From contig OZ024766.1 of assembly GCA_964016885.1 (NCBI GenBank), positions 15,190,001 to 15,254,000 on the forward strand: a stretch of DNA of 64,000 nucleotides. Direction: 5' to 3'. The notes under the pieces were generated by a model that saw only the letters and a list, made by a program, of their open reading frames with translations, was not told the DNA's origin and made no database searches. Source of the DNA: Eledone cirrhosa (lineage: Eukaryota). The position numbers were made by a program, and so were the translations under genes. This document shows positions 38,056 through 50,470 of the stretch, piece after piece (the first letter of the stretch is position 1; each line of letters opens with the position of its first letter).

Positions 38056-38949
38056 GGACATGTTGCTGTGGTTTGATTGGTCAAATAGCCAATGGTGGTG
38101 AGTGGGAAATTGTGAGATAGGTAGCCATCATGACATATATCATCACAGGAGATTCGGGGGAAATAAGCAGATATAAGTAGGCATATTAGACAAGGCAGAT
38201 ATGCAAGAATTTCGAAGATTGTCACCTAGCTTTGAGAGAAAGGAGAGGTAATTGCAGGGGTTAGGGATGAGTTTGTAGAGAAAGACACAATGTCCAACAT
38301 GGTTTATATCAAAAACAAGGTCGAAGTATATACATTGTGGAAACAAGTCAATGATAATAATAATAATAATGTAAACAGAACATTTTGAAATTGGGGAAGA
38401 GAGATAGCTGTAGAATAGAAATAATCTATGGAAGTCTGGGATATAAGTTATATATATATATGTTGTGATGTCACTGGTGCCAAGCTGTATCAGCCATTGC
38501 CTTTCCCTTGGACAACATATATAGCGTATAATATATATTGTACACATCGTATATATAATATATATATTGTGTATATATACTGTAGACAGTGTATATATGA
38601 TATATATATAGTATATATATATGTAGTGATGTTACTGGTACCAAGCTGTATCAGCCATTACCTTTCCCTTGGACAACATCGGTGGCGTGGAGAGGGTAGA
38701 CTGGTATACTTGGGTGACTGCTGGTCTTCCTCAAACAACTGGACTTGTGCCTCAGAGGGGAACTTTCTAGTTGCAAATCACATGGTCATTCTTGACCGAC
38801 AGAGGTCTTCGATATGTTAGGTTTGTATATATAGATGTGTATTGATGTCCATGTGGGAGTCATTGATACCAATACTAGGGATGGCTGGTCTTCTATATTA
38901 CTGTATAACACCAAAGATCTCGATCCTGTGTCATTGTCTTTGAGAAGTG

Positions 38950-39990
38950 CAATTGTGTGAGGTCAGCTTTTATCACCTCATCCCAGGTCTTCCTACTCTA
39001 TAGCTTCCATCAATTGTGTGAAGTCAGCTTTTATCACCTCATCCCAGGTCTTCCTACTCCATAGCTTCCATCAATTGTGTCAGGTCAGCTTTTATCACCT
39101 CATCCCAGGTCTTCCTACTCTATAGCTTCCATCAATTGTGTCAGGTTAGCTATTATCACCTTATCCCAGGTCTTCCTACTTCATAGCTTCCATCAATTGT
39201 GTCAGGTCAGCTGTTATCACCACATCCTAGGTCTTCCTACTCTATAGCTTCCATCAATTGTGTGAGCTCAACTTTTATCACCTCATCCTAGGTCTTCCTA
39301 CTTCATGGCTTCCATCAATTGTGTGAAGTCAGCTTTTATCACCTCATCCCAGGTCTTCCTACTTCATAGCTTCCATCAATTGTGTGAGGTCAGCTTTTAT
39401 CACCTCAAACTAGGTCTTCCTACTTCATAGCTTCCATCAATTGTGTCAGGTCAGCTTTTTCACCTCATCCCAGGTCTTCCTACTTCATAGCTTCCATCAA
39501 TTGTGTGAAGTCAGCTTTTATCACCTCAGACTAGGTCTTCCTACTCTATAGCTTCCATCAATTGTGTGAGATCAGCTTTTATCACCTCATCCCAGGTCTT
39601 CCTACTCCATAGCTTCCATCAATTGTGTGAGGTCAGCTTTTATCACCTCATCCCAGGTCTTCCTACTTCATAGCTTCCATCAATTGTGTCAGGTCACCTT
39701 TTATCACCTCATCCCAGGTCTTCCTACTTCATAGCTTCCATCAATTGTGTCAGGTCACCTTTTATCACCTCATCCTAGGTCTTCCTACTCTATAGCTTCC
39801 ATCAATTGTGTGAGGTCAGCTATTATCACCTCATCCCAGGTCTTCCTACTTCATAGCTTCCATAAATTGTGTCAGGTCACCTTTTATCACCTCATCCCAG
39901 GTCTTCCTACTTCATAGCTTCCATCAATTGTGTCAGGTCACCTTTTATCACCTCATCCCAGGTCTTCCTACTTCATAGCTTCCATCAATT
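38950..39990. repeat. 59-bp minisatellite (~17 copies) derived from RTE C-terminal coding sequence
   Basis: The unit's reverse complement ggaagctatagagtaggaagacctgggatgaggtgataaaagctgacctcacacaattgat resembles RTE 30185-30255. The left flank 38840-38950 is the adjoining RTE 3' end. Confidence 0.9.
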
Positions 39991-40091
39991 TTATAAAATA
40001 CTTGAAAAAAACTTAGAAAAAATGTTAATCAAAATCAAAATTTAATCCCAAAGAGAGGAAATTGGAACATTATCCACTGAAAGTTGCTTAA

Positions 40092-40680
40092 CCCTTTAGT
40101 GTCCAAACCAGCCAAAACCGGCCAGAATTCTCTACCTCTTTCTGTTGAAACTGGCTGTAACTGGTCGCTCAGACTGATGTTAAGGTATTGTTCTCAAAAT
40201 AAATACTTTCAAAATCTGATAGATTCAATATTATGTGAGATAAAGCCTTTACCATGAAAATATAATAGTATATATAAAATAATGTGAATGCTAAAGGGTT
40301 AACCCTGTAACATTTAAACCGGCAATAACTGGCCAGAGTTCTGTCCTCTTTTTCTTTTTAAACCACCCGTAACTGGCCACTCATACTGATGTTAAAGTAT
40401 TGTTCTCAATATAAATAATATCAGATTCGATATTATGTGAGGTAAAGACTTTACCATGGAAATATAATAGTATATATAGAGTAATGTAAATGTTATGTGA
40501 GATAAAGACATTACCATGGAAATATAATAGTATATATAGAGTAATGTAAATGTTATGTGAGATAAAGACATTACCATGGAAATATAATAGTCTATATAGA
40601 GTAATGTAAATGTTATGTGAGATAAAGACATTACCATGGAAATATAATAGTATATATAGAGTAATGTAAATGTTAAAGGG
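40092..40680. mobile_element. Two tandem piggyBac-type MITEs sharing one TTAA; the second has 4 x 60-bp internal repeats
   Basis: TTAA-CCCTTT at 40088, AAAGGG-TTAA-CCCT at 40299, AAAGGG-TTAA at 40681. Confidence 0.88.
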
Positions 40681-41307
40681 TTAAACCCTGAAGTAAGGAC
40701 TTTTAGGTCCCGAAATATTGGACAGATAAAAGAACAACAACAAAAAAACAAAACAAAGATTACCAGGTAACTTTTACTTTTCCTTACCTCATCTTATTGT
40801 CCATTTTGCATTGTTTAGCCTTCTATCTCTTTCAACGTTATATTTTATATAGAATGCTTCAAACAAACTACAACATTTAATTATATATCATCATCATCAT
40901 CTTCAATTAACGTCCATCTTCCACACTAGCATGGGTTAGACGGGTCCCATTTAGAGGCAAGTGTGGGCTGGATGCTTTTTTGCTGTCTTCTACACGTCCA
41001 GTGTGGGTGAGATATATATATATGTATGTATATATCATCACCATTTAGCGTCCATTTTTCCATTCTTGCATGGGTTAGACGCTCTAGCGTAACTAGCGGG
41101 GGGGGGGGGGCGACCCCCCCCCCCCCCCCCGGCTTTCCTCTCGGTCTAGGTGGGCCCCCTAGGCTATAATTCTAAACACATAACTTATTACACATGTAAT
41201 TACGAATCCTTAACTACAACAACTTAAAGAAAACCCTTAATCTCTAATAAGACTAGAAGTTAAGACCAATTTCTTGTTTATTTAAAGAATATAATATTTC
41301 GGATAAA

Positions 41308-41553
41308 ATGGCAACTGCATCTAAAAAATGTGTGGAGAATATTCAGTGGAATAAAAGCGTTACATTTTTTTTATTTGCTTTCTCCACATCTTATTTAGTT
41401 GAGTCAGGTTTCAGTCGGGTTATGCATCTGCTTTCAAAAAGTGGAAATCGCCTTGATATAGAAAGAAGAGGTGGTTTACGACTCTCTCTAACGGCTTTGA
41501 CACCAAACATTGACAAATTAGTAGCCTTGCCTCAATCACAGGGATCTCATTAA
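41308..41553 (+). pseudogene. C-terminal fragment of a Buster/Charlie-type hAT transposase
   Basis: FSTSYLVESGFS...RLDIE...LRLSLT.LTPNIDKLV...QGSH*, the typical Buster-type C-terminus. Confidence 0.75.
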
Positions 41554-42498
41554 AAACCGATTGTTATATTCTTTGATTTGTAAATATATATAAATGATTT
41601 GATATCTAAATTCTATATTATTCTATTTGTTTGAAATGTTGTAATACATGCTTATGTTAATCTCGATACTCAGGTTTTTAACCTAATATTTAATTAAAAG
41701 TATAATTATGCATGAGTATATACACACAAATATATATTTAGTTGGAATAAAATATAATGAACTTTCTAAAGTTGTAACTTGGTATCTGACATTCTGCTGT
41801 CCTTAAATATTCTGTCCAGAACTTTGACCTAATTGTCTTCCTCTATTGTAACACCCCTCCTCATCCTCTAACTGCTTTCCATTGAATTTCATCTTTTATC
41901 TCCTTTTCAGCCGATGGATTTTGTTGATTTAGAAACCAGCCAATGAATACCATCGGTCAATATTCCTTTATATTTTGATATGTTTTTTATTCTTGTAATA
42001 AAATTAGTTTTCATTCAACACTGACGATAGAGAGCGGATGGAGGTATGTTGTATTTTCTTTGTATAATTTGTAAAATATAAAATATATATATATATATCT
42101 TAATGAAAATACACATGCCAATATCTGATCCCTTGAAACGATCGTCTGTTAAAGTGTAAATCAATATTAATAGGAAGAACATGTTCTTTGTTTAATTTTT
42201 CATTGTTTTTCAATGTCTTATTTTGACTCTGTCTTCCAATTGTTTTACATTATTAATTAACTACATGTATTTTTTATGATTTTTCCACATTTGGATTACA
42301 TTGAGTTCTCTATACGGATTCGACACTACCGTTTACTCCGGTAGATTAATCTGTTATATATATATATATATTTCCTGGACTTTTGCTCTATGTTTTGTTT
42401 TTCGTCGATTATTTGACGTGTTTTACATTCTTCGGTGTTGAATATCAAATCAAGCGAATTGCATTATTCCAACTGTGTCAATATAGTGCTCATTAAGA

Positions 42499-45216
42499 AT
42501 GTTGCCTAAAAAAAATTACAAGACTGGAGCAACAAAGAGGAAAGAAGCTAGACAAGCTGCCAGGGAAGAATCTGCAAAGAAATGTCATCTAATCACAAGT
42601 TTTCTGAAAAGTCAACAGTCTTCGTCAACAAGTAGTGACGCATCCCAAACCAATGTAACTGCCGGAATTTCCGGCGAGTCGGTCTGGTCAGATGAACTGG
42701 AGAAACAGAAAAGCACTGGAGAGTCGCGAGAACCTGACGTCAAAGATGCCTCAGGTCCATCGACTATCTCAACAACCGTCGTAGTCACTGAAGATATAGT
42801 TCCAAATGGGGATCCAAACTCAATAGAGGGAAAAATGGCTGTATCTGAATCTGAAAATGAAAATGATTCAGAGGAAACTACATCGGCAAAACAAATCCCA
42901 GAGCATGGGCCAGTAGAGTGCATGTTGAATTTACAAGAGAAGTATCCAAGCGACCCGAAACATTTCGAAGACAGACCATTGACGACACCTCTAATTCGTG
43001 CCCTCATGACTTTTGGTCCTTGTCAGCCAGGATTGAAAGATCATTTTGCTGATTTCCCTCTCGACTCGAACCACAGAAAATTCAACATCAGTTGGTACAA
43101 GAGAAAGTGTGCTGGAATCCATGAAGTTGACCGACACTGGTTAGTATACTCTCCTGAATCCAACAGACTATATTGCTTTTGTTGTTGGCTGTTTGCTGAT
43201 AAAAATGCCGAATCTTACTCGAAGACTTGGGGTAATCCAGAGTGTGGGATGGCAAACTTCAAAAAGGGAATCGAAAAAATTGCCAATCATGAGAAAAGTA
43301 CCATTCACATCAATGCACAAAAGCAATACTTCATGACAAAATATCGTTTGGACGCAAATAAAACGGTGATCGATAACCTCATCCATGAAGAGAAGCGAAT
43401 TGAACGAAATCGCCAGATATTGGGGCGATTGCTTGATTGTACGTTATTTCTCACAAAACAAGGCTTGGCCTTCAGAGGTCACAGGGAATATGCTGGACTT
43501 GGCGCCAAATCAGAAAATGAAGGAAACTTTATTGAATTGTTGAAATTGATAGCCAAGTATGATACGATCTTGGAAAGCCATTTCTTCTCACCTGGGCGCA
43601 CTAAAAGACAGCCTATGTACTTAAGTCCAAAATTACAAAACGAATTCATAGAATGCCTGGCGAACGAATGTACTCAACAAATAATCACGGAAGTGAAAGC
43701 GGCAAAATACTATTCAGTCATTGTCGATTCCACAATAGACATTTCGCATCAGGATCAATGCTCTGTGTCACTCCGATATGTATCGAAAAGTGGCCACGCA
43801 CAGGAGCGTTTCCTGTCATTTTGTGAACTAAAATCAGCAGCCGCTGAATCATTTTTCAATACGCTTGTGAAAGTTCTTTTCCAGGATCTTTCTTTGGATG
43901 CTCAATATATTAGAGGACAAGCTTACGACGGAGCGTCAAATATGTCCGGCCATATTTCTGGGCTTCAGGCTAGAGTTAAAGAGGGATGCTCTTCGAAAGC
44001 TGTTTACGTCCATTGTTGTGCTCATAACCTGAACCTGGTGTTAATCGATGCTAGCCAATCGTCAATGGATGGTAAATTATTTTTTGGTACATTGGAGAGC
44101 CTGTATGTTTTCTTAACATCAAGCTTGCCAAGGCTGAAAATCCTCGAAGAAGAACAAGAAAAACTATTGATTTCAACGGTATTAACATTAAAACGACTCT
44201 CAGATACCCGCTGGTTTAGTCACATTCAGGCTGTAGAGGCTACCATTAACAACTTACCGGCAGTAATGAGTGCACTAGAGAGGATAGTAAGTGGGGATGT
44301 TCGCAACACTGCTCCGAAAGTATTAGCTGAGGCCAGAGGTTTGCTACTAAATGTGAGCAAGTTTGAATTCATTTTCATGTTGAAGTTTTTTCAGAATTTA
44401 CTTAAAAAGCTGCATTCTGTTTCACAATATTTGCAGAAGGAGGCTATCGACTTATATTCCGCGGACGTCATGATTAAAAATGTAGTAAAAGAAATTGAAG
44501 AAATCCGCTCAAATGAATATTTTGACCAAACATTATCAGACACTAAAAATCTCGCCGAGCAATGTCAAGTTGAACCAGAGTTTACAACAGAAAAACGGAA
44601 AAGAAAAAAGAAGCGTTTTCATGACGAAAATGCCAGTGACGAACCTCATGAGACGATGAGTCAGCATTTTAAACGGGACGTTTATTTCACTATCCTAGAT
44701 AGAATCATTAGTAGCTTTAACGAACGTTTTGCCGACTTGCACGGTCTAGTGAAGGATTTTTCGTGCTTGATACCGGCGCACTTCGACGACGACGACACAT
44801 GCAATAAAGAGAGAATCGATAATCTTGCGAAATTCTACGAGGGTGACATCGAAAATGACACTATCTTCGATGAATATTTATCATTCAAAGATTTTTACAA
44901 GGAAGTGTGTTTAGATAAATCCATATCGAGTTCTGAGATCGTTCCGTTTATGATTTCTAAGGACTTAGATAGAGCCTATCCGAACGTGTTTGCCTTATAC
45001 AAAATGTTCATAACTATTCCGGTTAGCTCGGCGCAGGCTGAGCGAACCTTCAGCAGGCTCAAACTGATAAAGAATTATTTGCATAGTACCATGAGTGAAG
45101 AGCAGTTGAATGCTCTGGCAATGATGTACATAGAGCGAGAACTGGCTGAAAAAATTGACTTCAGCATCGTGATTGAAAAATTTTCTAAAGTAAAACATCG
45201 CAAATTAGAACTGTAG
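42499..45216 (+). CDS. Intact hAT transposase, ZMYM1-like (TTF-type zinc finger, DUF4371-like region, hAT dimerisation domain), 905 aa
   Basis: YCFCC..F, LAFRGH, GNF, VDSTID (D), YDGASNMSG (D), HCCAHNLNL (CxxH), TRW, SSAQAERTFSRLK (E). No stops. Confidence 0.93.
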   Translation: MLPKKNYKTGATKRKEARQAAREESAKKCHLITSFLKSQQSSSTSSDASQTNVTAGISGESVWSDELEKQKSTGESREPDVKDASGPSTISTTVVVTEDIVPNGDPNSIEGKMAVSESENENDSEETTSAKQIPEHGPVECMLNLQEKYPSDPKHFEDRPLTTPLIRALMTFGPCQPGLKDHFADFPLDSNHRKFNISWYKRKCAGIHEVDRHWLVYSPESNRLYCFCCWLFADKNAESYSKTWGNPECGMANFKKGIEKIANHEKSTIHINAQKQYFMTKYRLDANKTVIDNLIHEEKRIERNRQILGRLLDCTLFLTKQGLAFRGHREYAGLGAKSENEGNFIELLKLIAKYDTILESHFFSPGRTKRQPMYLSPKLQNEFIECLANECTQQIITEVKAAKYYSVIVDSTIDISHQDQCSVSLRYVSKSGHAQERFLSFCELKSAAAESFFNTLVKVLFQDLSLDAQYIRGQAYDGASNMSGHISGLQARVKEGCSSKAVYVHCCAHNLNLVLIDASQSSMDGKLFFGTLESLYVFLTSSLPRLKILEEEQEKLLISTVLTLKRLSDTRWFSHIQAVEATINNLPAVMSALERIVSGDVRNTAPKVLAEARGLLLNVSKFEFIFMLKFFQNLLKKLHSVSQYLQKEAIDLYSADVMIKNVVKEIEEIRSNEYFDQTLSDTKNLAEQCQVEPEFTTEKRKRKKKRFHDENASDEPHETMSQHFKRDVYFTILDRIISSFNERFADLHGLVKDFSCLIPAHFDDDDTCNKERIDNLAKFYEGDIENDTIFDEYLSFKDFYKEVCLDKSISSSEIVPFMISKDLDRAYPNVFALYKMFITIPVSSAQAERTFSRLKLIKNYLHSTMSEEQLNALAMMYIERELAEKIDFSIVIEKFSKVKHRKLEL

Positions 45217-46757
45217 AACAAGTGATATGCTCGAATGTGAAAGTAAAGTTTTAGATGGACGATTTGTTGCACATACGAATTTTTGTTTGTGAATAATCGA
45301 TTGCAAGACTAGTTTTACTGGATATTGTTTTATTTTCTGAAGATAGACCACCGTCTTTGCAGTTAATAAAGTTTTCACGGAACATGCTAACTCTGTAATC
45401 TATGATGTATTCTACTCTATTATAAATTATCTATTCTAGACGCCCGTATGAACATATTTTCTTGCAGCTGATGGAAATGAGCGTATGGAATTGGTGGGCC
45501 CCCTTTAGATCGGATTTTTCCCCCCTGGCTTTAAAAGCTAGTTACGCCACTGGTTAGACGGGTCATCCACGCCAGGAGGCAAGTCTGGCCAGGGTTGGCC
45601 ATGTGTCGCACCTTGCTCAGGTGAGGTCTGTAAATTTGGTGGGGTATTTTACAGCTGGATTCCCTTCCTAACATCAACCATGTTTACAGTGTGGAACTGG
45701 ATGGCTCTGTTATGAGGAGGGACAGGCCAGTTGGCTGCACTGAACTCATCTCACAGTGGAACTATAATTTTGGGGGGCCTGGTACTGGGTGGCACCACTG
45801 TGAGGAGGGGTAGCCAGTCAGCTGCTCCAAACTCATCTCACGAGGTTACCACAGTTTTGGGGACCTGTACTAGATGATCCCGCTATAGTGATGGTGTAGC
45901 TAGTTTATATGAATAAGTAAATCTGACGCAGGTATATTTCTACAGTTTACCAATGTACCGTACATACTGGCGCCAATGACGACCAATTTTTGAAAAAAAA
46001 TAATAATCAACCTTCGGCCTCCAGGACATATGGTAGATATTTTGGACTTATATTATGGAAAAAGTAATGTCTTCGATGCTAGGAAATATGGTGAAAATGT
46101 AAAATTTCCACTGTTAAATCTATCCCTGCATTTTAAGTATTCTCTATTATCTGATACTGTTACTTTCTTATAAGTCCTATAAGAATGCATTTTTTGCTAA
46201 ACTGCCATAGAGCAGACCTCTGAAGTGATAGAAGGATATAATTTATAGAGCATGCTGGAATACCACTGCTTACATTGGAGAGAATTTCTCTGGACAGAAT
46301 GTTGATATCTACAGTTTACCAATATAGAAATATAACATTTCCACTGTTAAATCTATCTCTGCTTCTAAAGTATTCTCTATTATCTCATACTGTTTCTTTC
46401 TTATTTCAGAATATCAGATGACATTGGGATAAATTATTATTTTCAATCTTGGATACATCACCTCTATTTATCATCATTTGAAGACTAAAACCTTCTAAAC
46501 AGAACTTATATAACACTGTTTATATAAATCTATAGTTCAATTAGTGTGAAATATTTCCTCAAAACTGAGTTTATTTTCTTCACTATAAGATGGTTTTGTA
46601 TTTTAACTAAACTTGGATGAAACAGAAGTTTGTGTTATCTTCAGATATTAACTGAAATCACAGTTGAGGGAAATATAGAAGAATATTTTATAAGAAATAT
46701 AATATAAAAAATATTACAAGAAAAACATCTGTATATTCTGTTGAAGAAGAAATCATT

Positions 46758-47640
46758 ATGCCAAATAAATTGACAAAGAAGATTAAATGTGAAACACAAT
46801 CTAAAGTGTTTAGTATTGCTGGTGAGATGACAAAGGTTAGAGAACAGAAGCCATATCACTGTGATATCTGTGGTATATCATTCTCTCAAAGAGGTACCTT
46901 AACTACTCACAAACGTATACATACAGGTGATAAGCCATATCACTGTGATATCTGTGGTAAATCATTCTCTGGGAAAAGTAGCCTAACTACTCACAAATGT
47001 ATACATGCAGAAGAGAAATCATAATGCATTGATATCAGTGATAAATCATTCTCTCAAATTTGTGAATTAATGAGAATACAAATACATATCATTGTAACAT
47101 CTAAGGGAAAGCATTCTCTTTGAATGTTACATTAACTACACACACACATATACATACAGCTGGGAAGCCATATCACTTTGATATATTTGGTACATCATTC
47201 TCTAAATGTTGTGGCTTCACTAGACACTAACATCTACAGGAGAGGAACCATATCACTGTGATGTCTGTGATAAATCCTTCTGTAAATGTGGTTTCACTAG
47301 ACACCAACATATACATACAGGAGAGGAACGATATCACTGTGATGTCTGTGATAAATCCTTCTCTAAATGTTGTGGTTTCACTAGACACCAACATATACAG
47401 GAGATGAACCATATCACTGATGTCTGTGATAAATCCTTCTCTAAATGTTGTGGTTTCACTAGACACTAACATATACATACAGGAGAGGAACCATATCACT
47501 GATGTCTGTGATAAATCCTTCTCTAAATGTTGTGGTTTAATTAGACACTAACATATACAGGAGAGGAACTATATCACTGTGATGTCTGTGGTACATCTTT
47601 CTCTTATAAAGATTACTTAATGCAACACAATTAGATAAAA
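46758..47640 (+). pseudogene. C2H2 zinc-finger array pseudogene (two intact fingers followed by degenerate ones)
   Basis: [41 protein letters not shown]. Downstream ~80-bp finger repeats carry stops and frameshifts. Confidence 0.85.
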
Positions 47641-47714
47641 ACCATGTCACTCACCTAAAATAGTGCCATCAATGTTGTTAATATTTTGAATAAACCTGTT
47701 TTACTAAGAAATTC

Positions 47715-48840
47715 TCCTTTCATTTTATGTCTGTACAAACACAGTCTTCTCTCTTACACACCACTTCAGCTCACTCTTAAACCCAGCTTCTTCTTCAACT
47801 TGTCCAAGCTCTCCCTTTCTCTCACACTTACACAACATATCCTACAAAGCATGGTTGTTTCATATCTCTCCAGTCTACATAACCTCTGCAGTCACAGCCC
47901 TTATTTCGTTACCATGCATCATTGCATATCACCCACATGTGTCATACAGTTGTCCTTTTGTACAGAGAGAGAGAAACCTTTTGTGGTCAACTGTTGCAGT
48001 AGCTCTCTAAACTTTTTCCATCCTATCCTTATTCTAGCTATACATCTTTCAGAGCAGCCCCCTCCACTTCTAATTAACTCACCTAGATTGCAAAATATAT
48101 TTGTCAGCATACTTTATGAAGGGTCTGTTTGGAAGTGCCTCGCCTAATAAACAATGGTGCCATAACTGGACTCAGAAACCAATGGTCACACATACATGGT
48201 AAGTTAGCTAAGAATGTAGGTTTTACATTGGTTCACTGCGCTGCAGAAGTAAGCAGCAATCACGTTTAGGAGACAAGCTCTATCAAATATTTAAAGGGTT
48301 CCATAGAAGCAGTTGACAGTTTCTGTTACCTGGGGTATCAAATAAGCAGTGGAGGTAGGTGTTCTGAAAGTACAGTAACAAGAGTAAGAACAAGATGGCA
48401 GAGGTTTAGGGTGTTACTACTGCTGCTAGCTACAAAAGGTTGTTTCACCAAATTGATGTGTGCATATAAACAGCAATGCTGCATTGCAGTGAGGACCTCA
48501 GAAGATTGGATAGAAATGAAGCTTGAATTCTCCGATGGATGTGTAATATTAATATACATGAAGGGGAAAGTGTTAATAAACTGAGAGAGAACCTGGGCAT
48601 GAGAGGGAAAAGATACAGTATGCAGGAGAGGAGATTGCTGTGGTATGGACATGTGATGTGTATGAAGGTAGAGATGCTGTATAAAAGGTTGACCACTTGA
48701 AATTGATGGAAGGGGAAGACCTAGGTATGCTTGGGATGTGGAGGTAAAAACTGACCTGACACCATTGTACCTCTCAAAGGTGATGACACAGGATTGAAAT
48801 CTCTGGCATTATACATTACTGCAGGAGACCTGCATTCCCA
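47715..48840. mobile_element. Two old RTE RT 3' fragments in divergent orientation (47715-48095 minus; 48290-48840 plus)
   Basis: GGGCSE..ARIRIGWKKFRELL motifs on both strands. Confidence 0.75.
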
Positions 48841-50401
48841 TGTCCACAGGTTGACACAACATTTAGTGGTTTGAAGTATGCTCCAATTTTATTCCCCTTC
48901 ACATCTTAACACTCCACCCCCTTACCAGCTAAGTACACCACCCTGACACACCTCTCCAATTCCCACCCTACATACACACAACCCCACCCCCACTTTCACA
49001 TCTGATACACCTCTCTTGACCAACCCATGTATACAAGTATGGAAAGCTTAACATGCTCTCCTCCAATGCTGCTGAAATGGCTAAACCCTCAGGCAACCCT
49101 GTAAGGTGGTCATGCAGGTGTCATGACAAAAGAGCACCAAGTCCTCTCTGTTAGGTAACATGACAAAAGAACACCTAACCCTCCCTGCAAGGTAGTCATG
49201 CTGATGACATGACAAATAAGCACCCAGTCCACCCTGTGAGGTAGACATGACAGAAGGCCCCTAGCCCACTCTGTAAAGTAGTCATGCTAGTGGCAAGACT
49301 GAAGGGACCCGAAGCACCCTTCAAAGTGATCAAATTGGTGACATGACTTGACACCATTTTTTAGTTTACTTCTAAAATATCTCATTTTTATTTTACTTCT
49401 AAACTATCTCATATATTTAAAAATTACTTATTTTAAAAAATTATTATTTATTTCTTAAAAAAATTACTTTTTAAAGATTATTTAAAATTTTTTAATATTT
49501 TTTAATATTTTTTAAATATTTTTAAACATTTTAAATAGTTTAAGTACTTTTTAAGTATTTTATTTTGTTAAAAGGGTTTTTTGAGTATCTTCTGAGATTA
49601 AAAAAAAATTTTTTTTTTATTTTTCCAGAAATTTTTTCCAGAACTTTTAATATTTTAATATTTTTAATATTTTTTAATTATTTAATATTAGAGTTATAAC
49701 CAATAACTAATTCTGGCTATATATATCTTTCAACATTTATATCTTCGTCAAAATGGTCTCATACTAACTAATAAATAAACAAAGCTGGGTTTTTCAGTAT
49801 CTTCCTAATTTAAAACATTAAAAACATATAAATAATCTTATTAACTCAGTTAATTTAATTACTTACACTAAATATAAACCAGTATCCCTCATAACTTATT
49901 AAAACAATTATCTATAACATGATATAGCCATTTATCCACTCATATATCTATTCTTCTATCTATTGATTCTCCTATTTTCTACTTTATATCTATTTATTTT
50001 CAATTTATTATTCAATGTCTTTATATATATTTATTTTTTCTATATATCTATTTTTCTATATACTTATAATAGTAAATATTATATTGTATTATATTAGAAT
50101 TCTAACAATAATTAGTAAATATACGTAACATTAATATAAACGTAATACTTATTTACGTTACATGAGTTCATCCTCTATAAATGTCTTTCTTCTCTCTATC
50201 TCTCTATCTATCTCATAACAGTAATTTTTTTCTCTCTCTTTCTTCTCTTTCTTCCCTATCTTTCCCCAGCGTAATTTAAATAAACGGTTGTTTTTTCAAT
50301 TTTTCATACATTCATTTGCATATTCACACATAACTTTGAATTACCCCTAATAAGTTTCCCCTATCCAGCGAATTTCCGACCGTTATTTATAAAACAAATT
50401 T

Positions 50402-50470
50402 TGTATTTTATCTGATGAAAGAGCACCAAGATTGACTTGGTCGCCCTTGAAATATATATAATAAAATAAA
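50402..50470 (+). ncRNA. Type I minimal hammerhead ribozyme motif
   Basis: tattttat-CTGATGA-aagagcaccaag attga cttggtcgccctt-GAAA-tatata-TA-ataaaata. Stem I pairs over 8 bp. Confidence 0.7.

Larger units (their letters stand above)
41082..45552 (+). mobile_element. Full-length hAT DNA transposon (4.47 kb)
   Basis: 8-bp TSD GTTAGACG at 41074-41081 and 45553-45560. TIRs ctctagcgtaactagc / gctagttacgccactg. Inserted in an RTE-type 3' tail. Confidence 0.93.

Noticed and set aside
37905-38225. Signal-peptide-like ORF (MTIFEILAYL...)
   Set aside because: It has a GTG start, runs into a 51-bp tandem repeat and shows no recognisable domain.
40787-40868. Possible minus-strand exon with a GTAAGG donor
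   Set aside because: The frame needed to join the host gene in phase 1 contains a stop, and there is no other support.
49370-50200. Extremely AT-rich stretch, possible mitochondrial insertion
   Set aside because: No recognisable mitochondrial gene, tRNA or rRNA motif; it is low-complexity sequence.
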